Origin: an uncultured archaeon
GTDB taxonomy: Archaea > Altiarchaeota > Altiarchaeia > IMC4 > QMZM01
Length of the DNA: 64,000 bases
Reading direction: 5' to 3'
Assembly (NCBI GenBank): GCA_964549685.1
Contig: CAZJVE010000002.1
Coordinates: 5,246 to 69,245, forward strand
How positions within the stretch are numbered: the first letter of the stretch is position 1; each line of letters opens with the position of its first letter. The notes under the pieces were generated by a model. That model did not search any database, was not told where the DNA came from, and saw only the letters and a program-made list of their open reading frames with translations. A program made the translations under genes and the position numbers. Below, in pieces: positions 24,594 to 33,137 of this stretch.

Positions 24594-25499
24594 CTACTTA
24601 CGCCTTACAAGATAACTGTAGGCTGAAAGAGCGGCCTTCGATCCCTCCCCCGCCGCTATGATAATCTGCTTCTCCAGGACGTCTGTACAATCTCCTGCAG
24701 CGAATATTCCAGGAACGGAGGTCTCGTTCCTGTTGCTGACCTTAATCTCGTTCGACTCGTTAAGCTCAACAATCCCCTGCAGGAATTCAACCACCGGAAC
24801 AGAGCCAATCTCAACAAAGATTCCCTGGACCGGAATCTCCCGGCTCTTATCGCTTTCCTTCACCACTATAGCACTGACAAACTTCTCACCCTTAATCTCA
24901 ATGGTTTCACTATTATTTAGAATTTCAACCCTATCGGAACTCTTTACTTTTTCTCTTGTAACCTCATCCCCTCCCAGCACCGGGTCAGTATTTATTAGAT
25001 ATACCCTGTTCGCAATCTTCGTCAGCTGGAAGGTCGCATCAAGCGCGGCGTTCCCGCCGCCGACCACGGCTACGTCCTTGCCCTTGAACAGCGGGGCATC
25101 ACAAGTAGCACAGTAGGCAACGCCTCTCCCCGCAAACTCTTTCTCGCCCGGGACGTTCAGCCTCTTTGGCGTCTTTCCGGATGCGACTATCACGGCCCTT
25201 CCCTGAAATTTTTCCTCGCCAGCAGAAACCTCAAAGCCGGAATCCACCGGCCTCAGGGATGTAACCTCCTTTCCTTCCTTAAAATCAACCCCGAATTTCT
25301 CAACGTGCTCCCTGAACTTCTTAACTAATTCAGCGCCGGAAACCAGGTTATAGCCCAGATAATTCTCAACCTCCCAGGAGAGGGCCGCCTGCCCCCCAAC
25401 GTCTTTTGCAAGAACCAGAGTATTCAGTTTCTTCCTTGCCGCATATATTGCGGCAGTCAGCCCTGCCGGGCCGGCACCAATAATTATTAAATCATGCAT
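24594..25499 (-). CDS. trxB: thioredoxin-disulfide reductase
   Basis: Has the FAD motif IIGAGPAGLTAA, the redox-active CATCD, and the NAD(P) motif VVGGGNAA. Confidence 0.92.
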   Translation of the reverse strand: MHDLIIIGAGPAGLTAAIYAARKKLNTLVLAKDVGGQAALSWEVENYLGYNLVSGAELVKKFREHVEKFGVDFKEGKEVTSLRPVDSGFEVSAGEEKFQGRAVIVASGKTPKRLNVPGEKEFAGRGVAYCATCDAPLFKGKDVAVVGGGNAALDATFQLTKIANRVYLINTDPVLGGDEVTREKVKSSDRVEILNNSETIEIKGEKFVSAIVVKESDKSREIPVQGIFVEIGSVPVVEFLQGIVELNESNEIKVSNRNETSVPGIFAAGDCTDVLEKQIIIAAGEGSKAALSAYSYLVRRK

Positions 25500-25734
25500 T
25501 TCCCTGCTGACTTAATGCCTTCTCAATCTCCTCCTTGTTGAAGCCGACGATAATCTTTCCATCTATATCTATCACGGGAACGCCCATCTGCCCGCTCTTC
25601 TCAATCATCTCCTCGGCCGCCTTCTGGTCCGCGGCAACGTCGATGTACTCGAATTCAACGCCCTTTTCCTTCAGATACTCCTGTGCCATCTTGCAGTAGG
25701 GGCACGTCGGAGTAGAATATACCTTAACTGCCAT
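25492..25734 (-). CDS. glutaredoxin-like small redox protein
   Basis: 80 aa with a CPYC active site in VKVYSTPTCPYCKMAQEYL. It overlaps the trxB start. Confidence 0.85.
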   Translation of the reverse strand: MAVKVYSTPTCPYCKMAQEYLKEKGVEFEYIDVAADQKAAEEMIEKSGQMGVPVIDIDGKIIVGFNKEEIEKALSQQGNA

Positions 25735-25772
25735 TTTAATTCTCTATTGATTTGGGTTCAGGGATTTATATA

Positions 25773-27002
25773 CTATATAAGGGACATGGAAGCCAGCCCC
25801 GCGAGGATGACTATCCCAAAGATAGTCGCAATCCACGTCCCGAATTTTTTGCCTCCTAGGAACCACCCATAGAAGGCCTTCACAGCAGTATTCGTAATAG
25901 CGGCGATGGTTATGGCCTTGACGGCCACGTTTGCGGGAATCTGTATGGTACTCATCGCAAGCACTATGGCGTCCACATCAACCAGGCCCGATATTACGCT
26001 TGTCATATAAACTCCAGACTCGCCGAGATACATGTTCGAAATCTTCGACAGGAAGAGGATGCATACAAAGAGAAAGCCGAACTTCAGGGCAGGGCCCAGC
26101 GTAAGCGGGGCCTCGAGCTTCGTTCCCTTCTTTATCTTCTTCCTGGGCCATAATAGCAGAGATATCAGTATCCCTGTAACTGCCATGGAAACCATCGGAA
26201 CGAGCAGCGCTTCAAAGATGGCGTAGTTTATTATGAAGACCACGATAAGGACGCGAAGGAACATGACCGAATTTGCGAGAACCGTGGCAAAAACCCCCGG
26301 CCTGAGAATCCTGCTGTTGGCTTTTACCTCACTGGCCATCGTCGCAGTAACGGCAGTGCTGGACACAAGGCCGCCGAGCAGACCAGTAACTCCTATTCCC
26401 TTCTCAGGGCCCAGGACCTTCACCATGATATAGCCCAGGTAGCTCAGTGCCGATATAAGCACTACCAGGAGCCAGGCCTGGTGCGGGTTGAATACCCCCA
26501 GCGGGTCTATGGTCGTGTCGGGCAGCAACGGCAGAATCACAAATGCAATTATACCGAACTTCAGGGTATCACTCATTTCCTGCTCATCTATCCCCCTGAC
26601 GAAGCGGTGCATCCTCTTCTTGAACTTCAGCAGGACCGTGAGCACTATTGCGAGTATTACTGCAATGTTCCTCATCTCGTCGAAGTAGCACATGAAGCCC
26701 AGCATGAACGTAACAAGTGCGGAGAACTCAGTGGTGACTCCCCAGTCCTTGGTCACCTTGGCTGTGAAGAAGTACTCCATGGCGACTATAACTAGCAGGC
26801 CGAGAAACGCAACGAAAACGAAATACTCAAAATAAAGAAAACTTATCATGGCGCTGAGAGTTCCGAAGAGCGAGATGATTATGAAGGTCCTTATCCCGGC
26901 GCCCCCTATACCTCTGTGCCTTTTGCGCTCTCTCTCCATGCCAATGAGCGCACCAATCAGCATCGCAACGAAAAAGCCGTAGAGGATGTTGTAGTCCATC
27001 AT
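25773..27002 (-). CDS. MgtC/SapB-DUF4010 family membrane protein
   Basis: An N-terminal MgtC-like motif (LIGALIGMERERK...GIRTF) is followed by a multi-TM DUF4010-like region. Confidence 0.8.
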   Translation of the reverse strand: MMDYNILYGFFVAMLIGALIGMERERKRHRGIGGAGIRTFIIISLFGTLSAMISFLYFEYFVFVAFLGLLVIVAMEYFFTAKVTKDWGVTTEFSALVTFMLGFMCYFDEMRNIAVILAIVLTVLLKFKKRMHRFVRGIDEQEMSDTLKFGIIAFVILPLLPDTTIDPLGVFNPHQAWLLVVLISALSYLGYIMVKVLGPEKGIGVTGLLGGLVSSTAVTATMASEVKANSRILRPGVFATVLANSVMFLRVLIVVFIINYAIFEALLVPMVSMAVTGILISLLLWPRKKIKKGTKLEAPLTLGPALKFGFLFVCILFLSKISNMYLGESGVYMTSVISGLVDVDAIVLAMSTIQIPANVAVKAITIAAITNTAVKAFYGWFLGGKKFGTWIATIFGIVILAGLASMSLI

Positions 27003-27148
27003 TACTTATTCGTTCAAGAGGTTTTTATACCTATCTGTTCAGTAGACGGGAAGACGACAGCCGGAATTCCTCCGCATTCCACCGGGGAATTCAAGGTGCA
27101 CTCGGCCCGCAGGCCGACGTGCGCCAAATGATCAAACTTTTTTAAGTT

Positions 27149-27231
27149 TGCGGGGGACGAGGTTCGAACTCGCGTAGACCTGCGCCACTAGGTCCTAAGC
27201 CTAGCCCCTTTGACCACTCGGGCACCCCCGC
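27149..27231 (-). tRNA. tRNA-Leu (anticodon UAG)
   Basis: A cloverleaf can be drawn by hand. The acceptor stem is GCGGGGG/CCCCCGC, the anticodon stem-loop is CUAGG-CUUAGGA-CCUAG, there is a long class II variable arm, and the T-loop is GUUCGAAC. No CCA is encoded. A TATA-like CTATATAG lies ~27-33 nt upstream. Confidence 0.95.
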
Positions 27232-27293
27232 AAATGAAAGGGATGAACTATTAGGTACTATATAGGATGGCTACAGAAATAAATGCGCCCTCA

Positions 27294-27623
27294 TCAGGCC
27301 TTCTTCTCCAGTTTCTCCAATCTGTGCTCCAGGTCCCTGATTCTCCAGCCGCTGACCTCCTTACCCTTTCCTCTCCTGAGGCTCTTTATCTCCTCATCGC
27401 CCTTCTTGAGCAGCTCCTGGTCAATCCCAAGAACCCTCTCAATATCGTCTAGCTCCCCCCTGTATCTAAACAGAACGCCGCATATCATCATGACGCATGA
27501 AAGCACGAGCAGGACGGCGCTGAAGCTGCTAATTCCCGTGTAAAAGACGTCCTTCAGCGACATTATTGCAAGAACTATCCCACTGCCTACAAAGACAATG
27601 GCAATGAAGAGGTTTGTTTTCAT
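27294..27623 (-). CDS. small two-TM protein with charged C-terminal helix
   Basis: 109 aa with two hydrophobic helices, then ELLKKGDEEIKSLRRGKGK...LEHRLEKLEKKA. A 4-nt ATGA overlap joins it to the upstream coiled-coil gene. Confidence 0.5.
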   Translation of the reverse strand: MKTNLFIAIVFVGSGIVLAIMSLKDVFYTGISSFSAVLLVLSCVMMICGVLFRYRGELDDIERVLGIDQELLKKGDEEIKSLRRGKGKEVSGWRIRDLEHRLEKLEKKA

Positions 27624-28864
27624 TCTATACGTGTTTGCTCTCCTCCACCCTTTTGTTTAGGCTCCTCCGCCTTCCTATCCTCCTGATGGGGTTTCTCTAC
27701 TACTCTATCCTCCTGCTTAGGCTCCTCCGCCTTCCTATCTTCATGACCTGGTTCCTCTACCGTCTTCTCTTCCTGCTTAGGTTCCTCACCCTTCTCATCA
27801 TCCTGTTTGGCTTCCTCCACCACTCTACTCTCCTGCTTAGGTTCCTCAGCCCTCCCATCCCCCTGACTAGGGCCCTCCACTTTCTCGATAACGCTATTGT
27901 AAAGGTCCTCCAGCTCCTTGTCGAACCTATCCGCTGTTATGAACCTGCCCCCTCCGACACCATCCAGCTTCTCCTGCATGGATTCCAGGCTGGACAGCGA
28001 GCTGTTCGCATTGCTAATCATGGAATCGAGTTCTTTCTTCTTCCCCTCCATCTCCGATGCAATGTTCTTGATGGAGGTCACACTTGCTTCAAACTCGCCC
28101 TTTATCTTGCTTATATCGTCTTTGGTTACGAGCTCGTCGAAATGCACCTTCATCTTGCTCGCGTCCTTCATGAATACGTTGAATGATTTCTCGAGGGACT
28201 CGAATTTCTCGGACATCTTCAGGAACTCGTTGAATCTCTTCTGCATGTTGACATAGAGCTCCTCGACCTTGTCTGCGTGCTTCTCCACACTCAATTCAAC
28301 CCTTTTGATATTCGCAAGCTCCTCTTTAATCTCCTCATTCAACTGTATGACTGCTTCCGTGCCCCGGAACGCGGCCGTTTCCGCCTTCAGGGTCTTTATC
28401 TCGTCCGCTATATGGCCCATCAACTCCTCATCGGCCTTCAGCTTTGCCTCAAGCTTTGTGACCTTGGCATCCTCCTTTTCCAGGTCCATCCTCAGCTTTT
28501 CTGGCTGCACCGAGCCTACCAAGTCAACTGCCCTGCTGGATTCCATCCTCATCCTGTTCATCCCCTTTTCCATCTCGACGCCGCTCCTGCGCAAGTCGCC
28601 AATCTCCTCGCTCATCCTCTGGAACCTCTGCTCGTTCAGCTGCCTTATCTCCCTGAACGACTGCACCTCGGCCTTCAGCTTATCGATGTCCATACCTATC
28701 TTTTTCGTGACATCGTCGGGGTCTCTCGGGATTATCTCCCTCTGGACCGGTTCTGCTGCCTCCGGCTCCTTGCTGCCGCGCACGTTCTCTTCGATGATTT
28801 TGTCTATGTCTGCCTGCTCATCAGCACCTTTGCCTCTTTTCAATATGTTGGGTAATCCTACCAT
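27620..28864 (-). CDS. 414-aa coiled-coil protein with C-terminal EEPKQE tandem repeats
   Basis: Heptad-rich E/K/L sequence runs throughout. The C-terminal ~80 aa contain five or more degenerate 13-14-aa units ((D)RKAEEPKQE(D)RVVE), visible as ~40-nt DNA repeats at 27630..27870. Confidence 0.6.
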   Translation of the reverse strand: MVGLPNILKRGKGADEQADIDKIIEENVRGSKEPEAAEPVQREIIPRDPDDVTKKIGMDIDKLKAEVQSFREIRQLNEQRFQRMSEEIGDLRRSGVEMEKGMNRMRMESSRAVDLVGSVQPEKLRMDLEKEDAKVTKLEAKLKADEELMGHIADEIKTLKAETAAFRGTEAVIQLNEEIKEELANIKRVELSVEKHADKVEELYVNMQKRFNEFLKMSEKFESLEKSFNVFMKDASKMKVHFDELVTKDDISKIKGEFEASVTSIKNIASEMEGKKKELDSMISNANSSLSSLESMQEKLDGVGGGRFITADRFDKELEDLYNSVIEKVEGPSQGDGRAEEPKQESRVVEEAKQDDEKGEEPKQEEKTVEEPGHEDRKAEEPKQEDRVVEKPHQEDRKAEEPKQKGGGEQTRIE

Positions 28865-28901
28865 CTTCGGTTAGATATTTTATTTAGTAGTTATTATACA
28901 T

Positions 28902-29627
28902 CTAGTAATAGGGAGTCGGTATCCCCAGGAACAGCGTGCTCAGGACAAGCAGGAGCATTCCTGCAATGGCTGCCGTGAGCATCAGTGCAAGGAAGACGTA
29001 CATCGCCCTGCTGAACCCGAATATTATCTTTATCCCGAGGTACAGGACATATATCGAATATGCAAGTGCTATGTAGTGTATAATCGTGCTCTCGAGAAAC
29101 AGCCTGAATATGCCTGTAATGAGGGCAGGCACCATGAAGTACAATGTAAGCGACGTTGCCTCCTCGTTTGTTACAGCCTTGCCGACAAGACGCTCCCCCT
29201 TGAAACGAAGCACAATCGCTGTCGCTATTGTAACAAAGACGTATGACATCCAGTAGACATACCCCAGCTTTATCGACGTGATTACCGCATGCACCGGGTA
29301 TGAGAAGAATATGAAGTGCAGCGTATACCCAAGGAAAACGGACAAACCAAGGAGCAGCAGCAGCCTGACCGTATAGTTGCCATACCAGAGCGCAATGAGA
29401 AGAGCGACAGAGAGCGCAACCAATAATATCATCCAGTCGGATATGAAAACGCAGGACATCAGCGACAGCAGGGCCCAGAGGAACATGACGTAGATGTTCA
29501 TGCCCTCCCTCTTCCCTAACCCTCTAAAGAAGTCCCCCGCAGCATACGGGTTCATCAGCTTGGCCAGGTCTTTCAGGGTCCACCCAATGGCATCATGGAT
29601 ATCGGGAATATCAAGTCTGAATCCCAT
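28902..29627 (-). CDS. multi-pass membrane protein, function unknown
   Basis: About 6 TM helices. The start is set at the ATG at 29627 (MGFRLDIPDIHD...), because the longer track ORF (to 29801) overlaps the thiI start and encodes a non-membrane, Pro/Leu-rich extension. Confidence 0.55.
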   Translation of the reverse strand: MGFRLDIPDIHDAIGWTLKDLAKLMNPYAAGDFFRGLGKREGMNIYVMFLWALLSLMSCVFISDWMILLVALSVALLIALWYGNYTVRLLLLLGLSVFLGYTLHFIFFSYPVHAVITSIKLGYVYWMSYVFVTIATAIVLRFKGERLVGKAVTNEEATSLTLYFMVPALITGIFRLFLESTIIHYIALAYSIYVLYLGIKIIFGFSRAMYVFLALMLTAAIAGMLLLVLSTLFLGIPTPYY

Positions 29628-29660
29628 TTTAATTACTAATTGGTATAACCTCCAATAAAA

Positions 29661-30752
29661 ATGTATAATATGGTCATTGTTCGCTATGGGGAGATATTCC
29701 TCAAGAGCGAGCCGGTCAGGAAGCGGTTCGAGGACAGGCTCCTGGAGGACATAAGGCGCAGGCTGAAGGGCGCCGAGTTCAAGATAAAGAGGAAGAGGCA
29801 CAGAATCTATGTTGTAACCAAGGAGCCGGAAAAGGTTGCAGCGCTCCTTACCAGGGTGTTTGGGATTGTCTCTGTGAGTCCCGCGGTCGAGGCCTCCTCT
29901 GACATGGACGAGATAGTCGAGACGGCGCTTGCATTAGCAAAGGACGCAATCCTTCCTAACGAAACCTTCGCAGTCCGTGCAGAGCGCACAGGCAACCACG
30001 AATTCAGCAGCAAGGATGTGGAAGAAAAGGCCGGCAGGGAAATTCTGAATTCCCTTGATACTAAAGTAAATCTCAGCAACCCCGACAAGACCATATACGT
30101 TGAGGTCCGTGACGAGGTCGCATTCGTCTTCGATCGGAAAATAAAGGGCCCCGGGGGACTGCCCTCCGGAACGCAGGGCAAGCTAATCTCCCTCCTCTCC
30201 GCAGGAATCGACTCCCCAGTAGCTACATGGATGATGATGAAGCGCGGCTGCAGGATAATTGCCCTCCATGCCGGGAACGAGAAGGAGGTCGAGGGAATTC
30301 TGGAGAGATTGAGGGAATATGGTAGTGACATTGAATTAAAATGTTTTGACATTTCCGGCATCCAGAAAGAAGCCAACAGAGTCGCCGGGAAATTCACCTG
30401 TCTAATCTGCAAGAGAACCATGTATAAAATTGCAGGAATTCTTGCAGAGAGGGAACACGCCCTTGGAATCTGCACCGGCGAGAGCCTTGGACAGGTCGCG
30501 AGCCAGACCATCGACAACCTGGAGATTCTGGACAACGCAGCCAGCCTGCCGGTCTACAGGCCATTAATCGGCATGGACAAGGAGGAGACCATAGCCATCG
30601 CAAAGAGGATTGGGACCTTCGAGCACGCCTCAAACAAGGGCTGCGACTTCGTCCCGAAAAAGCCGGCCACCAGGGCAGACCTCACCGAGATAGAGAAGCT
30701 CGAGGAAAAGCTCGGCATCAATGAACTGATTGAAAAATGTCTGAGCCAGTAG
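29661..30752 (+). CDS. thiI: tRNA sulfurtransferase ThiI-like (THUMP + PP-loop ATPase)
   Basis: The N-terminus is VRYGEIFLKS, typical of ThiI. The PP-loop is SAGIDSPVA. Confidence 0.85.
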   Translation: MYNMVIVRYGEIFLKSEPVRKRFEDRLLEDIRRRLKGAEFKIKRKRHRIYVVTKEPEKVAALLTRVFGIVSVSPAVEASSDMDEIVETALALAKDAILPNETFAVRAERTGNHEFSSKDVEEKAGREILNSLDTKVNLSNPDKTIYVEVRDEVAFVFDRKIKGPGGLPSGTQGKLISLLSAGIDSPVATWMMMKRGCRIIALHAGNEKEVEGILERLREYGSDIELKCFDISGIQKEANRVAGKFTCLICKRTMYKIAGILAEREHALGICTGESLGQVASQTIDNLEILDNAASLPVYRPLIGMDKEETIAIAKRIGTFEHASNKGCDFVPKKPATRADLTEIEKLEEKLGINELIEKCLSQ

Positions 30753-31456
30753 TCTTGTTCTCTGCCAAGGATTTGGCAGGAAGGAACATCGTAAGCCGGT
30801 TGGGGAAGGCCACCAAGCTCTCTGACTCTGCCCTCTACATGGAAGGGCTCGACCTCGACCCCTCCGTCGCCATCGTCGCATCGCGCCACTCCTCAAAGTC
30901 AGGCACCCCGACTCTAACTTGCCACTCCCCCGGGAACTTCGGCAAGGCCGAGGCAGGAGGAAACCCAAGGCAGCTGGGAATCGCCCCGGCGCTCTATCTG
31001 AGGGAGGCTCTCCTCAATCTTAAAGAGAATTCCCCGGCGGGCTACGAGGTATCGTTCGAGGTCACCCACCACGGTCCCACAGCATTGAAATTCCCAATAA
31101 TGTTTGTGGAAGTGGGAAGTACAGAGAAGGAATGGGGGGACATGCAGGCGTGCAGCTTCGTTGCAGGAGTAATAGAAAAATTATTGAATTCACCCCCCGC
31201 GGAAATTCCTCCCGCTATTGGTTTTGGTGGTGGCCATTATTGTAGAAAATTCTCAAAAATATCCGAATTTGCCCTTGGGCATATCTGCCCAAAGTACAGC
31301 ATCCCCCACCTGGACGCAGAGATGCTGGAGCAGATGATAACCAGAACCGTCCCTGAACCAAAAGCAGCGCTGGTCGAGAAGAAGGGATTGGGGCCGGATA
31401 AGAGGAGGGTTTTGGCTCTCATAGAAGAAACTGAGCTTGAGGTTGTGGTGGTGTGA
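30737..31456 (+). CDS. dtdA: D-aminoacyl-tRNA deacylase, archaeal DTD2 type
   Basis: ASRHSSKSGTPTLTCHSPGNFG and VSFEVTHHGPT are typical of DtdA. Confidence 0.85.
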   Translation: MSEPVVLFSAKDLAGRNIVSRLGKATKLSDSALYMEGLDLDPSVAIVASRHSSKSGTPTLTCHSPGNFGKAEAGGNPRQLGIAPALYLREALLNLKENSPAGYEVSFEVTHHGPTALKFPIMFVEVGSTEKEWGDMQACSFVAGVIEKLLNSPPAEIPPAIGFGGGHYCRKFSKISEFALGHICPKYSIPHLDAEMLEQMITRTVPEPKAALVEKKGLGPDKRRVLALIEETELEVVVV

Positions 31457-31508
31457 GTGGGGTGACTCTCGAGGTTCTGAAATTTATGGAGATGGCGAGT
31501 GGGTTGAA

Positions 31509-31522
31509 GAGTTAGGCACTAC
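31509..31522. repeat. direct repeat GAGTTAGGCACTAC, copy 1
   Basis: Identical 14-mer at 31509..31522 (36 nt before the start of gene 31558..33054) and at 33063..33076 (8 nt after its stop). Confidence 0.7.
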
Positions 31523-31557
31523 GCTATTACCTTTTCTTTTGGGAAATCTAATCCTAC

Positions 31558-33054
31558 ATGATGAAGAGATATGTTATTCTTGTTCTGGTCTTGGTAGTTG
31601 TGATGAGTGGATGTGTTGAAAAACAGATTCCAGCAACTACAACTACGGTCGTAAGCACCACCACAATTCAGCCTAAGGAAGTGATTGTCCTTACGGATAA
31701 GTCTGAGTACGTGCAGGGAGAAGTAGTAGATGTTGCAGTTACAAATTACTTAGATGAGAGCGTATGGTATCGGAAATGGTGTGGGATGTTGTCATTTTGG
31801 TTTTTAGAAAAAGATGTAGGTGGTGAGTGGGAAGGAGTTCAGATAAGAGGGCCTTGCTTGTCTGCAACATCTCCACTATTTATAGAATTGGAGTCGGGGG
31901 GCAGCATTAGCAGTAGTTGGGATATGTACTGGTACGTGGGAGGATGGAACTACAGCAAGCCTGTTGAGAACCTTGGTCTAGCTGAACCAGGCACATACAG
32001 ATTTGGTTTTGTCTATCATCCCAACTGCAGTAAAGTGCAAGATTATTATGACTGTAAGTATCCGCTGAATCCAATAACGGTTTACTCGAATGAATTTACT
32101 GTCAAAGAGGGTCAGAATATAACCACAACCAGCACAACCACGACTGTAATCACCTATCCACGGGGAGTTGAGTTTGAGGCATTATCCCAGAGCCTCAGAT
32201 GCAATAGAGCTAGAGGGTCATCAAGAGATGTGATAAAAACTGAAGAGGAACTAAAAGAGATGTGGGATTCTGATTTAGGTGAACTTCCAAAGGTAAATTT
32301 TTCCGATGAGATGGTGCTTGCGGTGTTTTACGGCAGTACAAGCGGAAAGGGTATTGAAATAACTGAAATTCTGGAGATGGAGGACAAGATCGTAGTGATT
32401 TTTGATATAAGATACTGGATTGATAATACGAGACGTCGTTCGAACCCGTGCTACATTGTAAGCATAGGTAGAACGGATAAACCAATCGTGTTCGTTGAGA
32501 ATAGGAAATACTGCACAGGGGATGGGGATTGCGTACTGGGCCCAAGAGAATCGGCTTCGCTCTACTTCTATGAGTGGTGCGATCAAAGCGAGTGCATCAA
32601 CAACGAAGGATACGGGGAGGAAAAAACAAAATATGCTAACAAGACGGACTGCAAGGTCCAGCATGCACCCGTATCCTGCACATGTGTCGATAGCACATGC
32701 ACTGCAATATCTGAGGACGAAATCTCGGAGTATCTGGTCAAAAAATACGAACCATATCCCTGGCACGGCATGCCGCAGGTTTTTTCTGATGAGATTGTTA
32801 ACGAGACGTTGAGTCAGAATCAGGAGCTGGTGAACTTTATAATCGATAGATTTAACACCACAAATGATTTTGATATATTTGAAAAAATAAGTCAGTTTAA
32901 GAGTATTACACTAACAAAAACTGATTTCGGTTATAATTTCACTTTTAGTAGCGGGGGCTGCGTCGTTACCACATACGAAGGAAAGATAAGGATTGACGCA
33001 GGTCAGATAATTGATGAGGTAACGAGTGAGGTTGATAGATCTATTCCTTGCTGA
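31558..33054 (+). CDS. secreted lipobox protein, Cys-rich, with PrcB-C-like segment; function unknown
   Basis: Begins MMKRYVILVLVLVVVMSGC followed by a Thr-rich linker. The central segment FSDEMVLAVFYGSTSGKGIEITEI resembles PrcB C-terminal domains. Codon usage is visibly more AT-rich than in the neighbouring genes. Confidence 0.6.
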   Translation: MMKRYVILVLVLVVVMSGCVEKQIPATTTTVVSTTTIQPKEVIVLTDKSEYVQGEVVDVAVTNYLDESVWYRKWCGMLSFWFLEKDVGGEWEGVQIRGPCLSATSPLFIELESGGSISSSWDMYWYVGGWNYSKPVENLGLAEPGTYRFGFVYHPNCSKVQDYYDCKYPLNPITVYSNEFTVKEGQNITTTSTTTTVITYPRGVEFEALSQSLRCNRARGSSRDVIKTEEELKEMWDSDLGELPKVNFSDEMVLAVFYGSTSGKGIEITEILEMEDKIVVIFDIRYWIDNTRRRSNPCYIVSIGRTDKPIVFVENRKYCTGDGDCVLGPRESASLYFYEWCDQSECINNEGYGEEKTKYANKTDCKVQHAPVSCTCVDSTCTAISEDEISEYLVKKYEPYPWHGMPQVFSDEIVNETLSQNQELVNFIIDRFNTTNDFDIFEKISQFKSITLTKTDFGYNFTFSSGGCVVTTYEGKIRIDAGQIIDEVTSEVDRSIPC

Positions 33055-33062
33055 GGTAGAGT

Positions 33063-33076
33063 GAGTTAGGCACTAC
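33063..33076. repeat. direct repeat GAGTTAGGCACTAC, copy 2
   Basis: See copy 1. Confidence 0.7.
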
Positions 33077-33110
33077 ATCTGTGTGCTATCAGTTACTCCT
33101 GCAAAACTTG

Positions 33111-33137
33111 GATTGCGACGAGGTTCTTTAAATCAGG
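33111..33137. repeat. 27-nt direct repeat GATTGCGACGAGGTTCTnnAAATCAGG, copy 1
   Basis: 25 of 27 positions are identical to 33885..33911. This copy overlaps the stop codon of the Met-rich gene. A weaker third match, CGAGGTTCTGAAAT, is at 31470..31483. Confidence 0.7.

Noticed and set aside
23677-25734. The glutaredoxin-trxB-rubrerythrin-desulfoferrodoxin cluster as a possible novel system.
   Set aside because: This is the standard oxidative-stress defence gene set of anaerobic archaea and bacteria. Only the operator-like palindrome is worth noting, and it is reported separately.
27061-27148. Two strong hairpins (GGAATTCC...GGGGAATTC and GCACUCGGCC-CGCA-GGCCGACGUGC) followed by a T-run, between the MgtC-like gene and tRNA-Leu. 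I considered these as a possible small ncRNA or riboswitch.
   Set aside because: No recognisable ncRNA family motifs are present. The position immediately downstream of the tRNA 3' end fits a tRNA trailer or terminator structure. There is too little evidence to call a gene.
29628-29801. 58-aa N-terminal extension of the membrane protein 28902..29801.
   Set aside because: It overlaps the thiI start and promoter and is Pro/Leu-rich and non-membrane. The ATG at 29627 precedes the conserved-looking soluble N-terminus and the TM helices.
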